From NCBI GenBank assembly GCA_965226795.1, contig CBDDDZ010000005.1, positions 256,001-320,000 of the forward strand: a stretch of DNA of 64,000 nt. Reading direction: 5' to 3'. The translations under genes and the position numbers were made by a program. The notes beneath the pieces were generated by a model that saw nothing but the letters and a program-made list of their open reading frames with translations, had not been told where the DNA came from and did no database searches. The stretch is from Candidatus Latescibacterota bacterium. GTDB taxonomy: Bacteria > Latescibacterota > UBA2968 > GCA-2709665. Positions 1-10,048 of the stretch are shown here, piece by piece. Numbering within the stretch: position 1 is the stretch's first letter; every line of letters starts with the position of its first letter.

Positions 1-610
1 CGTGGAGGCGCGCGGTATTCCACCTGGGATCTGTCGAAGGCCGATGCCGATACGCCGCGTTATGATAAACCCGTGACCGCCGAGGAGAACTGGGAACGGG
101 TGACGTTCTTCCTGGAGCGCGTGATTCCCGTTGCGGAGGCGTGCAAGGTGCGCATGGCGTGTCATCCCTGCGATCCCTGGCTGCCGCCGGGATACAAGGG
201 CGTGGACCGCGTCCTGGGCGGGGCGGAGGGTTTCAAGCATTTTATAGACATCTGTCCCAGTCCCTATCACGGCCTGAATCTCTGCCTGGGCTGCATGGCC
301 GAAAGCGTGGAGGATCCTGCCCGGGAGGTGCCCGATATCATCCGATATTTCGGTGAACGAAAGAAGATCCATCTGATCCACTTTCGTAATATCTTCGGCG
401 GACGCAACAAGTTCCAGGAGGTCTGGCCCGACGAGGGCGACATGAATATGTTCACGCTGATGCAGGCGCTGAAAGAAGTCGGGTATCCGCACATGGTGGT
501 GCCGGACCACGCGCCAGGCCACAGCGCGCCCGGGCAGCTTCGAACAGGCGTTCGCCTTCCAGTTCGGCTATATCAAGGCGATGATGCAGGCGGTGTTCTC
601 GGCTGCGTGA
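1..610 (+). CDS. uxuA: Mannonate dehydratase (UxuA family), 5'-truncated by the window edge, with an apparent +1 frameshift near 531-535
   Basis: Frame 1 is open from base 1 (RGGARYSTWD...EENWERVTFFLERVIPVAE...HPCDP...GLNLCLG...IHFRN...PDHAP). The typical C-terminus FEQAFAFQFGYIKAMMQAV* is in frame 2 and ends at TGA 608-610. Confidence 0.85.
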
Positions 611-722
611 GGACGGGCGGATATCTGCAGGTCCGACCGGAACATACGATACGTCCCGCCAGTGCAGCATCGGGATGTCGTTGGTCGTTCGAGGCAGACC
701 GTGTACCCGTGGAGTCGTGACG

Positions 723-1061
723 ATGTTTGATACGAGTGTATTCGATCGGGCTCTGGAGAAACGGAGAGAGAAGCGAAACCGGGAGAGAGCGGAATGTCTG
801 CGTTCCGTTACCGAAACCCTGCATTGGATCCGGAACCAATACGACATTGGCGAGGCTTATGTTACGGGGTCGCTTCTGGTTGAACACAGGTGGAAACAGA
901 CTTCCGACGTCGATGTGGCTGTTGGCGGCTGCTCGGGGTCGGTCCTCGACGTGATGAAGGCGTTGGAAGATGCCACGGGCAGGGTTGTGGACGTCATTGA
1001 TCTTGACACGCATCCGTTTCCGGAAACGATCAAGGAAAAGGGCTGGAAGGTATATGGATGA
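723..1061 (+). CDS. mntA: Minimal nucleotidyltransferase (MNT) antitoxin
   Basis: GS-x11-DVD motif (GSLLVEHRWKQTSDVD), C-terminal VDVIDL, 112 aa; overlaps the downstream HEPN gene by 8 nt. Confidence 0.8.
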   Translation: MFDTSVFDRALEKRREKRNRERAECLRSVTETLHWIRNQYDIGEAYVTGSLLVEHRWKQTSDVDVAVGGCSGSVLDVMKALEDATGRVVDVIDLDTHPFPETIKEKGWKVYG

Positions 1062-1515
1062 AGCCAGGATCGCCATCCTGAAGGCGGAAATCGATTCACG
1101 CGAGCGTGACATCGACCGCATTTGCGAACGGATCGAACAGCGCGCAGGAATTTTTCGCGAAACGGCCGAGAGTGTCGACAGTATGGCCTATCAGATCCAC
1201 AACCTCTATTCCGCTTTCGAGCAGCTGTTCGAGACAGTTGTCCATTTCTTCGAGAACCGGCTCGAAGAGGAGAGGTATCATATAGACCTTTTGCGACGAA
1301 TGCGCCTCGAAATCGAAGGCATCAGGCCTGCTCTGGTATCCGATGGCGCCTTTGATCTGCTGGATGAACTGCGCAGGTTCCGGCATTTTTTCAGGCACGC
1401 GTACACGGCCGAATTGAACCCTGATACGTTGGACGATCTTCTCGGCAAGGTCCGTCGCCTGAGAGAGATTCACTGGCAGGACGTAGAAGAATTCATGGAG
1501 CGGATCAGGCCATAG
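1054..1515 (+). CDS. hepT: HEPN (DUF86/HepT-like) ribonuclease toxin
   Basis: RX4HXY motif (RHFFRHAY); helical ~153 aa protein translationally coupled to the MNT gene. Confidence 0.8.
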   Translation: MDEARIAILKAEIDSRERDIDRICERIEQRAGIFRETAESVDSMAYQIHNLYSAFEQLFETVVHFFENRLEEERYHIDLLRRMRLEIEGIRPALVSDGAFDLLDELRRFRHFFRHAYTAELNPDTLDDLLGKVRRLREIHWQDVEEFMERIRP

Positions 1516-1684
1516 GAAAAACGCGGTTTGTGGCCGCCGGCCTGTGCTTGAGGCACCCAGGTTTCCGATCTGCCAGTCCGGTGAATAGGCCATACGCGAG
1601 ATCGGAAGCCACCTGGTTTCCACGGTTCCCGCAGACGATGCGGTCGAACATATTGAAAAACCGGTAAGTGGAAGGCGTTGTAAA

Positions 1685-2509
1685 ATGGAGGGTAAGGTAA
1701 ATCTGTTTTCTCTGCAAGGGCGCGTCGCTCTGGTGACGGGAGCCGGACGGGGGATCGGGCATGGTGTCGCGAAGGGCCTGGCGGCGCACGGCGCCCGGTG
1801 TGTCTGCGCGGCGAGGACCCGTTCGCAACTGGACGAAACCGTGGCGGCGATCGAAGCGGCAGGAGGCGACGCCCTGGCTGTGGAAATGGATATGGCTGAC
1901 CTGGACTCCGTCAAGCGGGGGGTGGAGACAACCTGCGCGCACTATGGGCAACTGGACATTCTGGTGAATAACGCCGGGATGAATATCCGGGAGCCGCTGG
2001 ACGCGGTTACCGAGGAACATTACGATCGGATTATGGCAGTGAATCTGAAGGGACTTTATTTCCTGACACAGTTGGCCGCCAAACTCATGATGCCTCGAAA
2101 GCAGGGCAAAGTCATCAATATCGGCTCCCTGACCACCGGAATCGCGCTGCACGGCGTGTCGGTCTATACCGCCACCAAGGGGGCCGTGGGTCAGCTGACG
2201 AAGGCGCAGGCGCTCGAACTGGGACCCCACAATATCCAGGTGAATGCGATCTGCCCCGGATTTATTCTGACGCCTCTGACGGAAAAACTCTGGTCCGACC
2301 CGGCGATGCGGGCATGGGGCGAAGGCCGGACCCCCGCCGGGCGGCTGGGCATCCCGGACGACCTTGTGGGAACCGCCGTGTTTCTGGCGTCCGCCGCTTC
2401 GGATTACGTAACGGGCCAGCACATCTACGTGGACGGCGGATTCATGGCGGGCGAGACGTGGCCGCTGCCCCCGAAGGCGAGTGTTCTGTCCCGAAAAAAG
2501 GTTGCCTGA
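1685..2509 (+). CDS. SDR family oxidoreductase (gluconate 5-dehydrogenase/KduD-like)
   Basis: TGAGRGIG, NNAG, YTATK (YxxxK), VNAICPG motifs. Confidence 0.9.
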   Translation: MEGKVNLFSLQGRVALVTGAGRGIGHGVAKGLAAHGARCVCAARTRSQLDETVAAIEAAGGDALAVEMDMADLDSVKRGVETTCAHYGQLDILVNNAGMNIREPLDAVTEEHYDRIMAVNLKGLYFLTQLAAKLMMPRKQGKVINIGSLTTGIALHGVSVYTATKGAVGQLTKAQALELGPHNIQVNAICPGFILTPLTEKLWSDPAMRAWGEGRTPAGRLGIPDDLVGTAVFLASAASDYVTGQHIYVDGGFMAGETWPLPPKASVLSRKKVA

Positions 2510-2515
2510 ATTCGG

Positions 2516-2611
2516 CCGCCGAGTCGCCGGTCTCGCAAGGCGCCTGAGCGCAGGCGACCTGCGTAAGGTCTGCGAGCGAAGGCAACGTAGCGAGACGTGA
2601 TGAATCGGCGG
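2516..2611. repeat. Nested palindromic intergenic element related to the interior of the MITE at 26535
   Basis: Stems CCGCCGA/TCGGCGG, GTCTCGC/GCGAGAC and GACCT/AGGTC; shares CAAGGCGC...GAGCG...CAACG(C/T)AG with ~26590-26645. Confidence 0.5.
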
Positions 2612-2661
2612 GAGAATGGTGAGATATTTTCGGGACAGGACACCAAATAAGGCGCACGTCG

Positions 2662-3258
2662 ATGGATGCAGACAGGATCGAACAACAGATCGCTTTCGTT
2701 ACCGAGATCGACAGGTTGAAGCAGGTGCTCCGGCGGACTTATCTGATCGACGGCAAACGCCGGGAGAACGACGCGGAACATTCATGGCACCTGGCGGTGA
2801 TGGCCGTGCTGCTTTCGGAGTACGCGCGGGAAGAACCGGATCTGCTGAAGGTCGTGAAAATGCTTTTGTTTCACGACGTCGTTGAGATCGACGCTGGCGA
2901 CACCTCGCTTTACGACGAGGCGGGACACGCCGATAAAACCGAGAGGGAGCGCCGCGCCGCCGAGCGGATTTTCAATCTGCTGCCGGCCGATTTGGCCAGG
3001 GATGTGTTTGCGTTGTGGGAGGAGTTTGAAGCTCGTGAGACTCCGGAGGCGAAGTACGCGCAAGCCCTGGACAGGCTACAGCCGATCCTGCTGAACTACG
3101 GATCAGGCGGGATCGCATGGCGGGAGCACGACATCAGTTCGGAGCAGGTAATTGCTCGAAATCGGCATATCGAAGCGGGATCGCCGGCCCTGTGGACGTA
3201 CGTCCGGGAGTTGATCGACCGGGCTGAGAAACAGGGGTATCTGGCATCGGAGGCCTGA
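2662..3258 (+). CDS. HD domain phosphohydrolase (HD_3 family)
   Basis: RENDAEHSWH, LFHDVVEIDAGD, ALDRLQP motifs. Confidence 0.9.
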   Translation: MDADRIEQQIAFVTEIDRLKQVLRRTYLIDGKRRENDAEHSWHLAVMAVLLSEYAREEPDLLKVVKMLLFHDVVEIDAGDTSLYDEAGHADKTERERRAAERIFNLLPADLARDVFALWEEFEARETPEAKYAQALDRLQPILLNYGSGGIAWREHDISSEQVIARNRHIEAGSPALWTYVRELIDRAEKQGYLASEA

Positions 3259-3304
3259 TCCACGCGTGGGCAGTGCGGACCGGGTTTAACAGGAGGTTCG
3301 GGTT

Positions 3305-4366
3305 ATGGCACAACAACAGGCGGAATCGATGTGGTTTTACGTGGGTGGCGCCGGTATCTCGGTCTACCGTCTGGATCTTTCCAGCGGGGATCTGGCGCAT
3401 GTGAGTACGGTATCGGACGTGAAGAATCCTTCATTTCAGGCCATCCATCCGACGAACGGGTTCCTTTATTCGGTGGCGGAGGTACAGGAGGGCGGGGCGT
3501 TACACGCGTTCGCCATCAATCCGGCCACGGGAGCGTTGCGTTCGCTGAACCACCAGTCGTGTACGGGCGCAGGGCCGTGCCACGTCAGCGTAGACGCAAC
3601 CGGAAGCGTGGCGCTCGTGGCGAATTATTCGAGCGGGGGTGTGGCGGCGCTGCCCATCCGGGAGGACGGGAGCCTGGGCGAGGCCACTTCCGTTTTTCAG
3701 CACGAGGGTTCCAGCACGCATCCGGGCCGGCAACAGGGACCGCACGCACATTCAATTACGATCGATCCGGGAAATCGATACGCCGTGTCAGCGGATCTCG
3801 GAATCGACAAGGTACTGGTCTATCGGCTGGATCCGGAAAACGGGACGATAACGCCGAACGACCCACCGTGGGTGGACGTTCAGGCGGGCGCGGGTCCCAG
3901 ACATTTCGCGTTCCACCCGAACCGGAAATACGCCTACCTGATCAATGAACTTGACAATACGGCCGTGGCATACGCCTATAACGAAAGCCGGGGGGTTCTG
4001 GAGACCGTTCAGGTGATTTCCACGCTGCCCGGGGACTTTACGGATACCAGTTATTGCGCGGATATACACGTGTCGCCCGACGGGCGTTTCGTGTATGGTA
4101 CCAACCGCGGGCACGACAGTATCGTGATTTTCAAAGTCGACGCGGCGACAGGCAAGCTCTCGTTCGTGGACTTCGAGTCGACCCGCGGCGAGTTCCCGAG
4201 AAATTTCGCGCTGGACCCCTCCGGGCAGTTCCTGTTCGCCGCCAACCAGAATACGGACAATATCTTCACGTATCGAATCGATGCGCGTACCGGCAGGCTC
4301 ACGCCGACGGGGCAGGAGGTCCGGACGCCGCAACCGGTCTGCATCAACATGATTCCCGCCGCATAG
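3305..4366 (+). CDS. pgl: 6-phosphogluconolactonase-family lactonase (beta-propeller)
   Basis: GPCHVSVD, ANYSSG, RQQGPHAH, GAGPRH, NRGHDSI, PRNFALDP motifs. Confidence 0.9.
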   Translation: MAQQQAESMWFYVGGAGISVYRLDLSSGDLAHVSTVSDVKNPSFQAIHPTNGFLYSVAEVQEGGALHAFAINPATGALRSLNHQSCTGAGPCHVSVDATGSVALVANYSSGGVAALPIREDGSLGEATSVFQHEGSSTHPGRQQGPHAHSITIDPGNRYAVSADLGIDKVLVYRLDPENGTITPNDPPWVDVQAGAGPRHFAFHPNRKYAYLINELDNTAVAYAYNESRGVLETVQVISTLPGDFTDTSYCADIHVSPDGRFVYGTNRGHDSIVIFKVDAATGKLSFVDFESTRGEFPRNFALDPSGQFLFAANQNTDNIFTYRIDARTGRLTPTGQEVRTPQPVCINMIPAA

Positions 4367-4478
4367 GACTGAGCGGTCTCCCGCCGGCTCCGAACCCGCT
4401 TCCATCCCGATCACATTGATCCCGGCCGGCAACGATTGCCGATTATGCGCCGCTCCGCTCGGCGCGGGACAACTGCGG

Positions 4479-4526
4479 ACGCCCGGAAATGCCGATCGAA
4501 AGACCACGGCGGCGGGCGTTTTTTTT
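4479..4526 (+). terminator. Possible intrinsic terminator
   Basis: ACGCCCG/CGGGCGT stem with an inner GCCG/CGGC stem, followed by a T run, just before the RBS of the next gene. Confidence 0.4.
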
Positions 4527-4542
4527 GGAGCAACGACAGGCA

Positions 4543-6108
4543 ATGAACATCGGCACGTTGCTGACGAAATCCGCGCGAACGTTTCCGCAGAATCTGGCCG
4601 TGGCGTGCGGCTCCAGGCGATGGACCTATGCCCGGTTCAACGAACGCGCGAACCGGTTGGCGCACGCGTTTCGCAGGCTTGGCGTCCGTCCGGGTGACCA
4701 TGTGGCCATCCTCATGCACAATCTCCCCGAAATGCTGGAATCCATGTTCGCCTGTTTCAAGCTCGGCGCCGCGGCCGTGCCGATCAATTTCCGCCTGCAT
4801 CCCAACGAATTCGCTTTTGTCATCGATCATTCGGAATCTGAAGTGGTTGTTATTTCCTCCGAATTCAACGCGCCGATTTCGCAGATCAAGGATCGCTTGC
4901 CGCGGGTTCGGCAGGTTGTCACTATTGCGGAAGCGCAAGGGGACATGCTGCACTATGAAACATTGATTCGCGCCGAACGCGCCGCGTTCGACGACGTGGA
5001 CGTGGATCCCGACGACGTGGCATGGGTGTTCTACACGTCCGGAACAACGGATCAGCCTAAAGGGGCATTGCTGACACACCGTAGTCTGCTGGCGATGACG
5101 ATGAACTTTTACGCGGACATCTGCCAGGGCTTGGGACCCGACGACGTGGCCCTGCACGCGGCCCCACTGTCGCACGGCAGCGGCCTCTATGCCCTGCCAA
5201 ACGTGGGCAAGGCCGCGGCCAATATTATTCCGGAAACTGTTTCATTTGATCCCGACCAGGTCCTCGAGGCAATCGAAGAGTACCGGGTCACCAATTTGTT
5301 CGCCGCGCCGACCATGGTTAAGCGCCTGGTGGAAAGTCCGGCGCTGCACCGGTACGACCTTCGATCGTTGAAAACCCTCAACTACGGCGGCGGACCGATG
5401 CTGGCCGAAGACCTCCGGGTTGCGATCGAAAAGCTGGGGCCTTGCCTCGTGCAGCTGTACGGCCAGGGCGAGTCTCCGATGACGATCACCTGCCTGCCCC
5501 ACCGGGACCACGTTCCGGATGGTACGCCGGAGCAGATAAAAAGACTCAGTTCGGTGGGGTTTGCACGCACCGACGTGGAGGTCAGAATCCTGGACGACGA
5601 AGGCTACGAACTTCCGGCCGGAGCCATCGGCCAGATCGTAACGCGGTCGGACCTGGTCATGAAGGGATACTGGCGGAATCCCGACGCTACCGCGGCCGCT
5701 CTGAAAGACGGCTGGCTTCACACAGGCGATGTGGGGTACATGGACGAAGATGGCTACGTTTTTCTCCTGGATCGCTCCAAGGACCTGATCATCAGCGGCG
5801 GCGAGAATATCTACCCGCGCGAGATTGAAGAGGTGCTCGTACGACACCCGGCCGTATTCGAGGTCGCGGTCATCGGTGTGCCGCATCCGGAGTGGGGCGA
5901 GGCCGTCAAGGCCGTCGTGGTTCCGAAACCCGGGTGCGACGTGTCCGGCGAGGAACTGATCGACTTCTGCAAGGGCCGAATCGCGAGTTTCAAGAAACCG
6001 GGATCGGTGGATTTTGTCGAGGAATTGCCGAAGAACAACTACGGCAAGATCGTGAAGAACCTGATAAGGGCGCCGTATTGGGGCGGCAGGGCGAGCAGGG
6101 TGATCTGA
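4543..6108 (+). CDS. Acyl-CoA synthetase (AMP-binding, class I adenylate-forming)
   Basis: YTSGTTDQPKG, YGQGE, GWLHTGD, SGGENIYPREIE, C-terminal GK motif. Confidence 0.9.
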   Translation: MNIGTLLTKSARTFPQNLAVACGSRRWTYARFNERANRLAHAFRRLGVRPGDHVAILMHNLPEMLESMFACFKLGAAAVPINFRLHPNEFAFVIDHSESEVVVISSEFNAPISQIKDRLPRVRQVVTIAEAQGDMLHYETLIRAERAAFDDVDVDPDDVAWVFYTSGTTDQPKGALLTHRSLLAMTMNFYADICQGLGPDDVALHAAPLSHGSGLYALPNVGKAAANIIPETVSFDPDQVLEAIEEYRVTNLFAAPTMVKRLVESPALHRYDLRSLKTLNYGGGPMLAEDLRVAIEKLGPCLVQLYGQGESPMTITCLPHRDHVPDGTPEQIKRLSSVGFARTDVEVRILDDEGYELPAGAIGQIVTRSDLVMKGYWRNPDATAAALKDGWLHTGDVGYMDEDGYVFLLDRSKDLIISGGENIYPREIEEVLVRHPAVFEVAVIGVPHPEWGEAVKAVVVPKPGCDVSGEELIDFCKGRIASFKKPGSVDFVEELPKNNYGKIVKNLIRAPYWGGRASRVI

Positions 6109-6214
6109 CGGATAGTCTTGATGCTTACGGGATATTGCCAGGGCCGGGAAGCGTCACTTCCCTTTGTTCCCGCGCTCTCCGGTCGAAACGAAACGGGTGC
6201 CGAGGCGATATACG

Positions 6215-7480
6215 ATGGATAAGAAACGCAAACTCGGGCGGGGCGTTGCCATGGTGGGCGCCGGCATGTCGGAGTTCGGCATGTTCGAAGAAAGAGATTC
6301 CAGGGATCTCTTCGTCGATGCCTTTCGTGGCATGATCGCATCGGTGGACAAAGGGTTGGACCCCGGCGACATCGACGCTCTCTATATCGGTAATTTCACG
6401 AACGACTTCTTTGTGCATCAATCCCATTGGGGCGCCATTCTCGTCGACGCGCTGGGCCTGGTTCCCGCACCGGCGACCCGCACCGAGGGCGCATGCGCCT
6501 CCAGCGCAATCGCCTTCCGCGAGGGCGTCTTTGCAATCGCGTCGGGATTTTACGACATGGTTCTGGTCGGCGGCGTGGAGGACATGTCAAAGCGCTCCAC
6601 GGCCGATGTGGCGGAGGGTTTGGCGTCGGCAGCGGTACCCTACGAGCGGAAATCGGGCTTTACCTTTCCCGGGGTGTTCGGTGCGATCGCGACGGCGTAT
6701 TTTCACAAGTACGGCGCAAGCCGCGAGCACCTGATGAACGTGACCATCAAAAGCCACGAGAACGCGCCGCTGAATCCGAAAGCGCAATTCCGGGCCTCAG
6801 TCGCTGATTTAATGAAAGCGAAGGTGGAGCGCGCCAGGGCAAGCGGCGCGACCGTGCCTGAATGGACGGACGAAAAAGACTTCCTGCGCGACCCCCGGGT
6901 CAACCCGCCGGTCGCCTGGCCGATGCACCTGTTCGATTGTTGTCCCATCAGCGACGGCGCCGGCTGTATCCTGCTGGTCGGCGAAGAAATCGCCAGGCAT
7001 TTTACCGACGATCCGCTATACGTGGTGGGCCTTGGCCAGGGCAGCGGCAGGGGGCTCCACGCGGCGCCCGAGCTGACCAGTTTCGAGGCCACCCGCCAGG
7101 CCGCCCGGGAAGCCTATGCCATGTCGGATCTTGGCCCCGCGGACATACAGTTCGCCGAGGTGCACGATTGTTTTTCCATCGCGGAGATTATCCACATCGA
7201 GGACCTCGGCTTCTTCAGCCCGGGGGAAGGTTGCAGGGCCGTCGGTGAAGGCGCGACCCGGCTGCACGGACCGAAGCCGATTAACACATCGGGCGGTCTG
7301 AAGTGCAAGGGGCACCCCGTGGGGGCGACCGGCGTCGCACAGTTGATCGAGGTATGGGAACAACTGCGGCAACAGGCCGGCGGCAGGCAGGTGCCGAGCG
7401 GTGATTTGCGCCTGGGTGCGGCCCACAACCTGGGCGGCACCGGTGGTACGAGCACGTTTACGATTCTCGAGAGGCGATAG
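6215..7480 (+). CDS. Thiolase family protein (SCP-x/archaeal-type)
   Basis: EGACASS catalytic Cys, EVHDCF, GHPVGATG, HNLGG motifs. Confidence 0.9.
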   Translation: MDKKRKLGRGVAMVGAGMSEFGMFEERDSRDLFVDAFRGMIASVDKGLDPGDIDALYIGNFTNDFFVHQSHWGAILVDALGLVPAPATRTEGACASSAIAFREGVFAIASGFYDMVLVGGVEDMSKRSTADVAEGLASAAVPYERKSGFTFPGVFGAIATAYFHKYGASREHLMNVTIKSHENAPLNPKAQFRASVADLMKAKVERARASGATVPEWTDEKDFLRDPRVNPPVAWPMHLFDCCPISDGAGCILLVGEEIARHFTDDPLYVVGLGQGSGRGLHAAPELTSFEATRQAAREAYAMSDLGPADIQFAEVHDCFSIAEIIHIEDLGFFSPGEGCRAVGEGATRLHGPKPINTSGGLKCKGHPVGATGVAQLIEVWEQLRQQAGGRQVPSGDLRLGAAHNLGGTGGTSTFTILERR

Positions 7481-7483
7481 GCG

Positions 7484-7900
7484 GTGGGAAAGCGACCGAT
7501 CAGCGATTACTGGTTCGAAGCATTCCTCCGTGAAGAAAAACTGACGGGGTCGACGTGTCCGCGGTGCGGCGCCTTGTACGTGCCGCCAAGGTCCATATGT
7601 ATAAACTGTTACAATGCGGGAATGCAATGGCGCCGGATGACGGGCGCCGGCAAGCTGGTCGCCTTTACATGCATATCCATTGGCCCGCCTGCCATGCAGG
7701 AGGAGGGCTTCGACAGGGACAATCCGTATTGCACGGGGGTTGTCCAACTGGACGAAAGCCCCAGAATCGTCGCCCGCATAGAGGGTTTCGACACACGGAA
7801 TCCGGAATCCATCGAGATTGGCGCACCCTTGACCGCGATCTACCTGCATCGAGGCAGCGGCGAGGATCGCACGACGCAACTGGCCTTTCAACCAGCGTGA
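7484..7900 (+). CDS. DUF35 Zn-ribbon/OB-fold protein (thiolase partner)
   Basis: CPRC...PPRSICINC zinc ribbon followed by an OB fold; directly after the thiolase gene. Confidence 0.9.
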   Translation: MGKRPISDYWFEAFLREEKLTGSTCPRCGALYVPPRSICINCYNAGMQWRRMTGAGKLVAFTCISIGPPAMQEEGFDRDNPYCTGVVQLDESPRIVARIEGFDTRNPESIEIGAPLTAIYLHRGSGEDRTTQLAFQPA

Positions 7901-8122
7901 GGGCGCGAGCGATGATGCCTGTCAATGGACGGGAAACGATTGCGGCGGGTGACGTGCGTGATTATATTTACGCGCTTGCCTGTCCTCGCCGAGAAAACGT
8001 CGAGCGTGTCATCCAGCGACGTGTTATGGTGCGGTTCCGGGAGGGGTAGTCAGATCGGCTGACGCCCCTGTTTCAACGGCAGGTTCCAATCCCGGATCCG
8101 GCAAAAAAGGAGACCTTCGGAT

Positions 8123-9976
8123 ATGAGTCGGACCCTTAAAGATCTGATGAACGAGAGCTTCGCAAAGCACGCGGATCGGACGGCGGTGCGCGTTCTGAGG
8201 CAGTCCGATCAGCGGGGCGAACGGGGATTGCGCTACGTTCCGATGACCTACGCGCAGCTCCGTGAGCAGCGGGACCGGCTGGCTTCCGGGCTCGCCCGCG
8301 CCGGTTTTGCAAAAGGCGACCGCGTGGGGGTACTTACGGACGGCGGTCTGGAGCCGGTGCTGATTTTCCTGGCGGCGGATATGCTGGGTCTGTCTTCGGT
8401 GCCGCTCTGCAATAAGCTGCCCGACGATATTCTGAAGTACAAAATCGACCATTCAGGCCTCGGGGTGCTGTTCCTGGACAGCAAAAGCCGGGAACAGGTG
8501 GAGCGGGTACTGCCGCGCCTGTCGAAATCACCGAAACTGATATTGACCGAGGGCCACTCCAAAGAGATCGGGTCATTTTTCGCCCTGGTGAAGGATGGAG
8601 GGGAGGCGCCTCCTCCGGACGTGGAGATCCACCCGGACGACGAGTCAAAGGTGGTCTACACCTCGGGTTCGTCGGGTCTGCCTAAGGGAGTGGTGCAGAC
8701 CCATCTGAATCTGGTGGATAACGTAAGGTCGGTGTGGGACGGGATATCCCGTCGCGAACAGCCCGTTCTGTTCAAGTCCGCGCCGGATTACCATACGATG
8801 GGCATCCTGAATATCTACTATCCCCTTGTCAAGGGCTGGACACTGGATCTTGCGCGTTCGCCCGATCGGGTGCTGGTGGACATTCGTTATTCCGAACCTC
8901 ATGGCTTCCTGACCGTGCCCCTGATTCTCGACAAGGTGTACGGAAACGTCCGCAAGGAGATAGACGCAGGCGGCGTAAAGGGCAGGCTGGTGGCGCGCGC
9001 GGTTCGGGCCAAGGCAAACATCTCGAGGGGCACGGCTTCCATCTCGGACCGGGCGGTACACGGATTGATCGGACGGAAGGTGGTGGCGAAGATCAAGGAG
9101 AAACTGTCCCAGCGCATGGGCGGCCGGCTGGAACTGCTGATCATAGGCTCCGCCAAGGCGGACCCCGAGGCACTGGATTTTTTCCAGGACGTGCTGGATA
9201 TCGCCTCGCTTGAAGGATACGGGACGACCGAGTGCTGCCCGCTGATTGCGGTGAATACGCTGGACGCTCAGAAGACAGGTACCGTGGGAAGGCCGCTGCT
9301 GGAGGTGAAGCTGATTGCGGAAGACGGTGAAGAAGTGGGGTCCGGCGATCCGGCCACGCAGACCTACACCGAAAGCCAGGGAAGGGAAGGAGAGCTCTGG
9401 GTGCACGGTTCCCACGTGATGCGGAAATATCTGAATGATCCCGATCGCACCGCCCGGACGCTGGTGAAGGACGAGTCCGGAAAAACGTGGTACCGGACGG
9501 GCGATCTGTTCAGTATGGATGGGGACGGGTATCTGACGTTTCGAGGACGCCTGGGACGGCAGTTCAAATTGAGCAACGGTGAGTTTGTGAATCCCGAGTT
9601 GCTCGAACGGATATACGCCCGGGTTCCGCTGGTGGAGCACGTGATGGTCTGGGGCGATCAGAGCGGGTCCTTTCCCATGCCGGTTGTCACGATAAATGTA
9701 GAGGAGGCGCGGACGTTGACTGATTTACCCGATCTTCCCGAAGACGATGACGCCGTACGCCGGCATTCGGGTGTGGCCGAACGGTTGCGGGAACTCCTGT
9801 TGAACGAGGCGACCGCCGCCGGCCTGCCCAGTCACGAGCGTCCGCAGCGGGTACTGGTGCTGCCCGACGCGCTCAGCGAGGAGACGGGTACGCTGACGCG
9901 GGGTTTGAAGAAAGTGGTCCCGGGGGCGATTCTGGAGCGGTACCGGGACAGCGTAGAGGCGGCGTACACAAGTTAA
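8123..9976 (+). CDS. Long-chain acyl-CoA synthetase (FadD-like AMP-binding protein)
   Basis: YTSGSSGLPKG, EGYGTTE, WYRTGD, KLSNGEFV motifs. Confidence 0.85.
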   Translation: MSRTLKDLMNESFAKHADRTAVRVLRQSDQRGERGLRYVPMTYAQLREQRDRLASGLARAGFAKGDRVGVLTDGGLEPVLIFLAADMLGLSSVPLCNKLPDDILKYKIDHSGLGVLFLDSKSREQVERVLPRLSKSPKLILTEGHSKEIGSFFALVKDGGEAPPPDVEIHPDDESKVVYTSGSSGLPKGVVQTHLNLVDNVRSVWDGISRREQPVLFKSAPDYHTMGILNIYYPLVKGWTLDLARSPDRVLVDIRYSEPHGFLTVPLILDKVYGNVRKEIDAGGVKGRLVARAVRAKANISRGTASISDRAVHGLIGRKVVAKIKEKLSQRMGGRLELLIIGSAKADPEALDFFQDVLDIASLEGYGTTECCPLIAVNTLDAQKTGTVGRPLLEVKLIAEDGEEVGSGDPATQTYTESQGREGELWVHGSHVMRKYLNDPDRTARTLVKDESGKTWYRTGDLFSMDGDGYLTFRGRLGRQFKLSNGEFVNPELLERIYARVPLVEHVMVWGDQSGSFPMPVVTINVEEARTLTDLPDLPEDDDAVRRHSGVAERLRELLLNEATAAGLPSHERPQRVLVLPDALSEETGTLTRGLKKVVPGAILERYRDSVEAAYTS

Positions 9977-10048
9977 AGTCACCGCGCGAAGCCCTGGTCC
10001 GGCGCTCGGGATCGCGCGGCCGGTGAATTCGCAAAGAGGAGAAATCGC

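Noticed and set aside
8040..8100. tRNA(Sec)-like bits (TTCAA, GGTTCCAATCCC)
   Set aside because: No complete cloverleaf, T-stem or acceptor/CCA arrangement.
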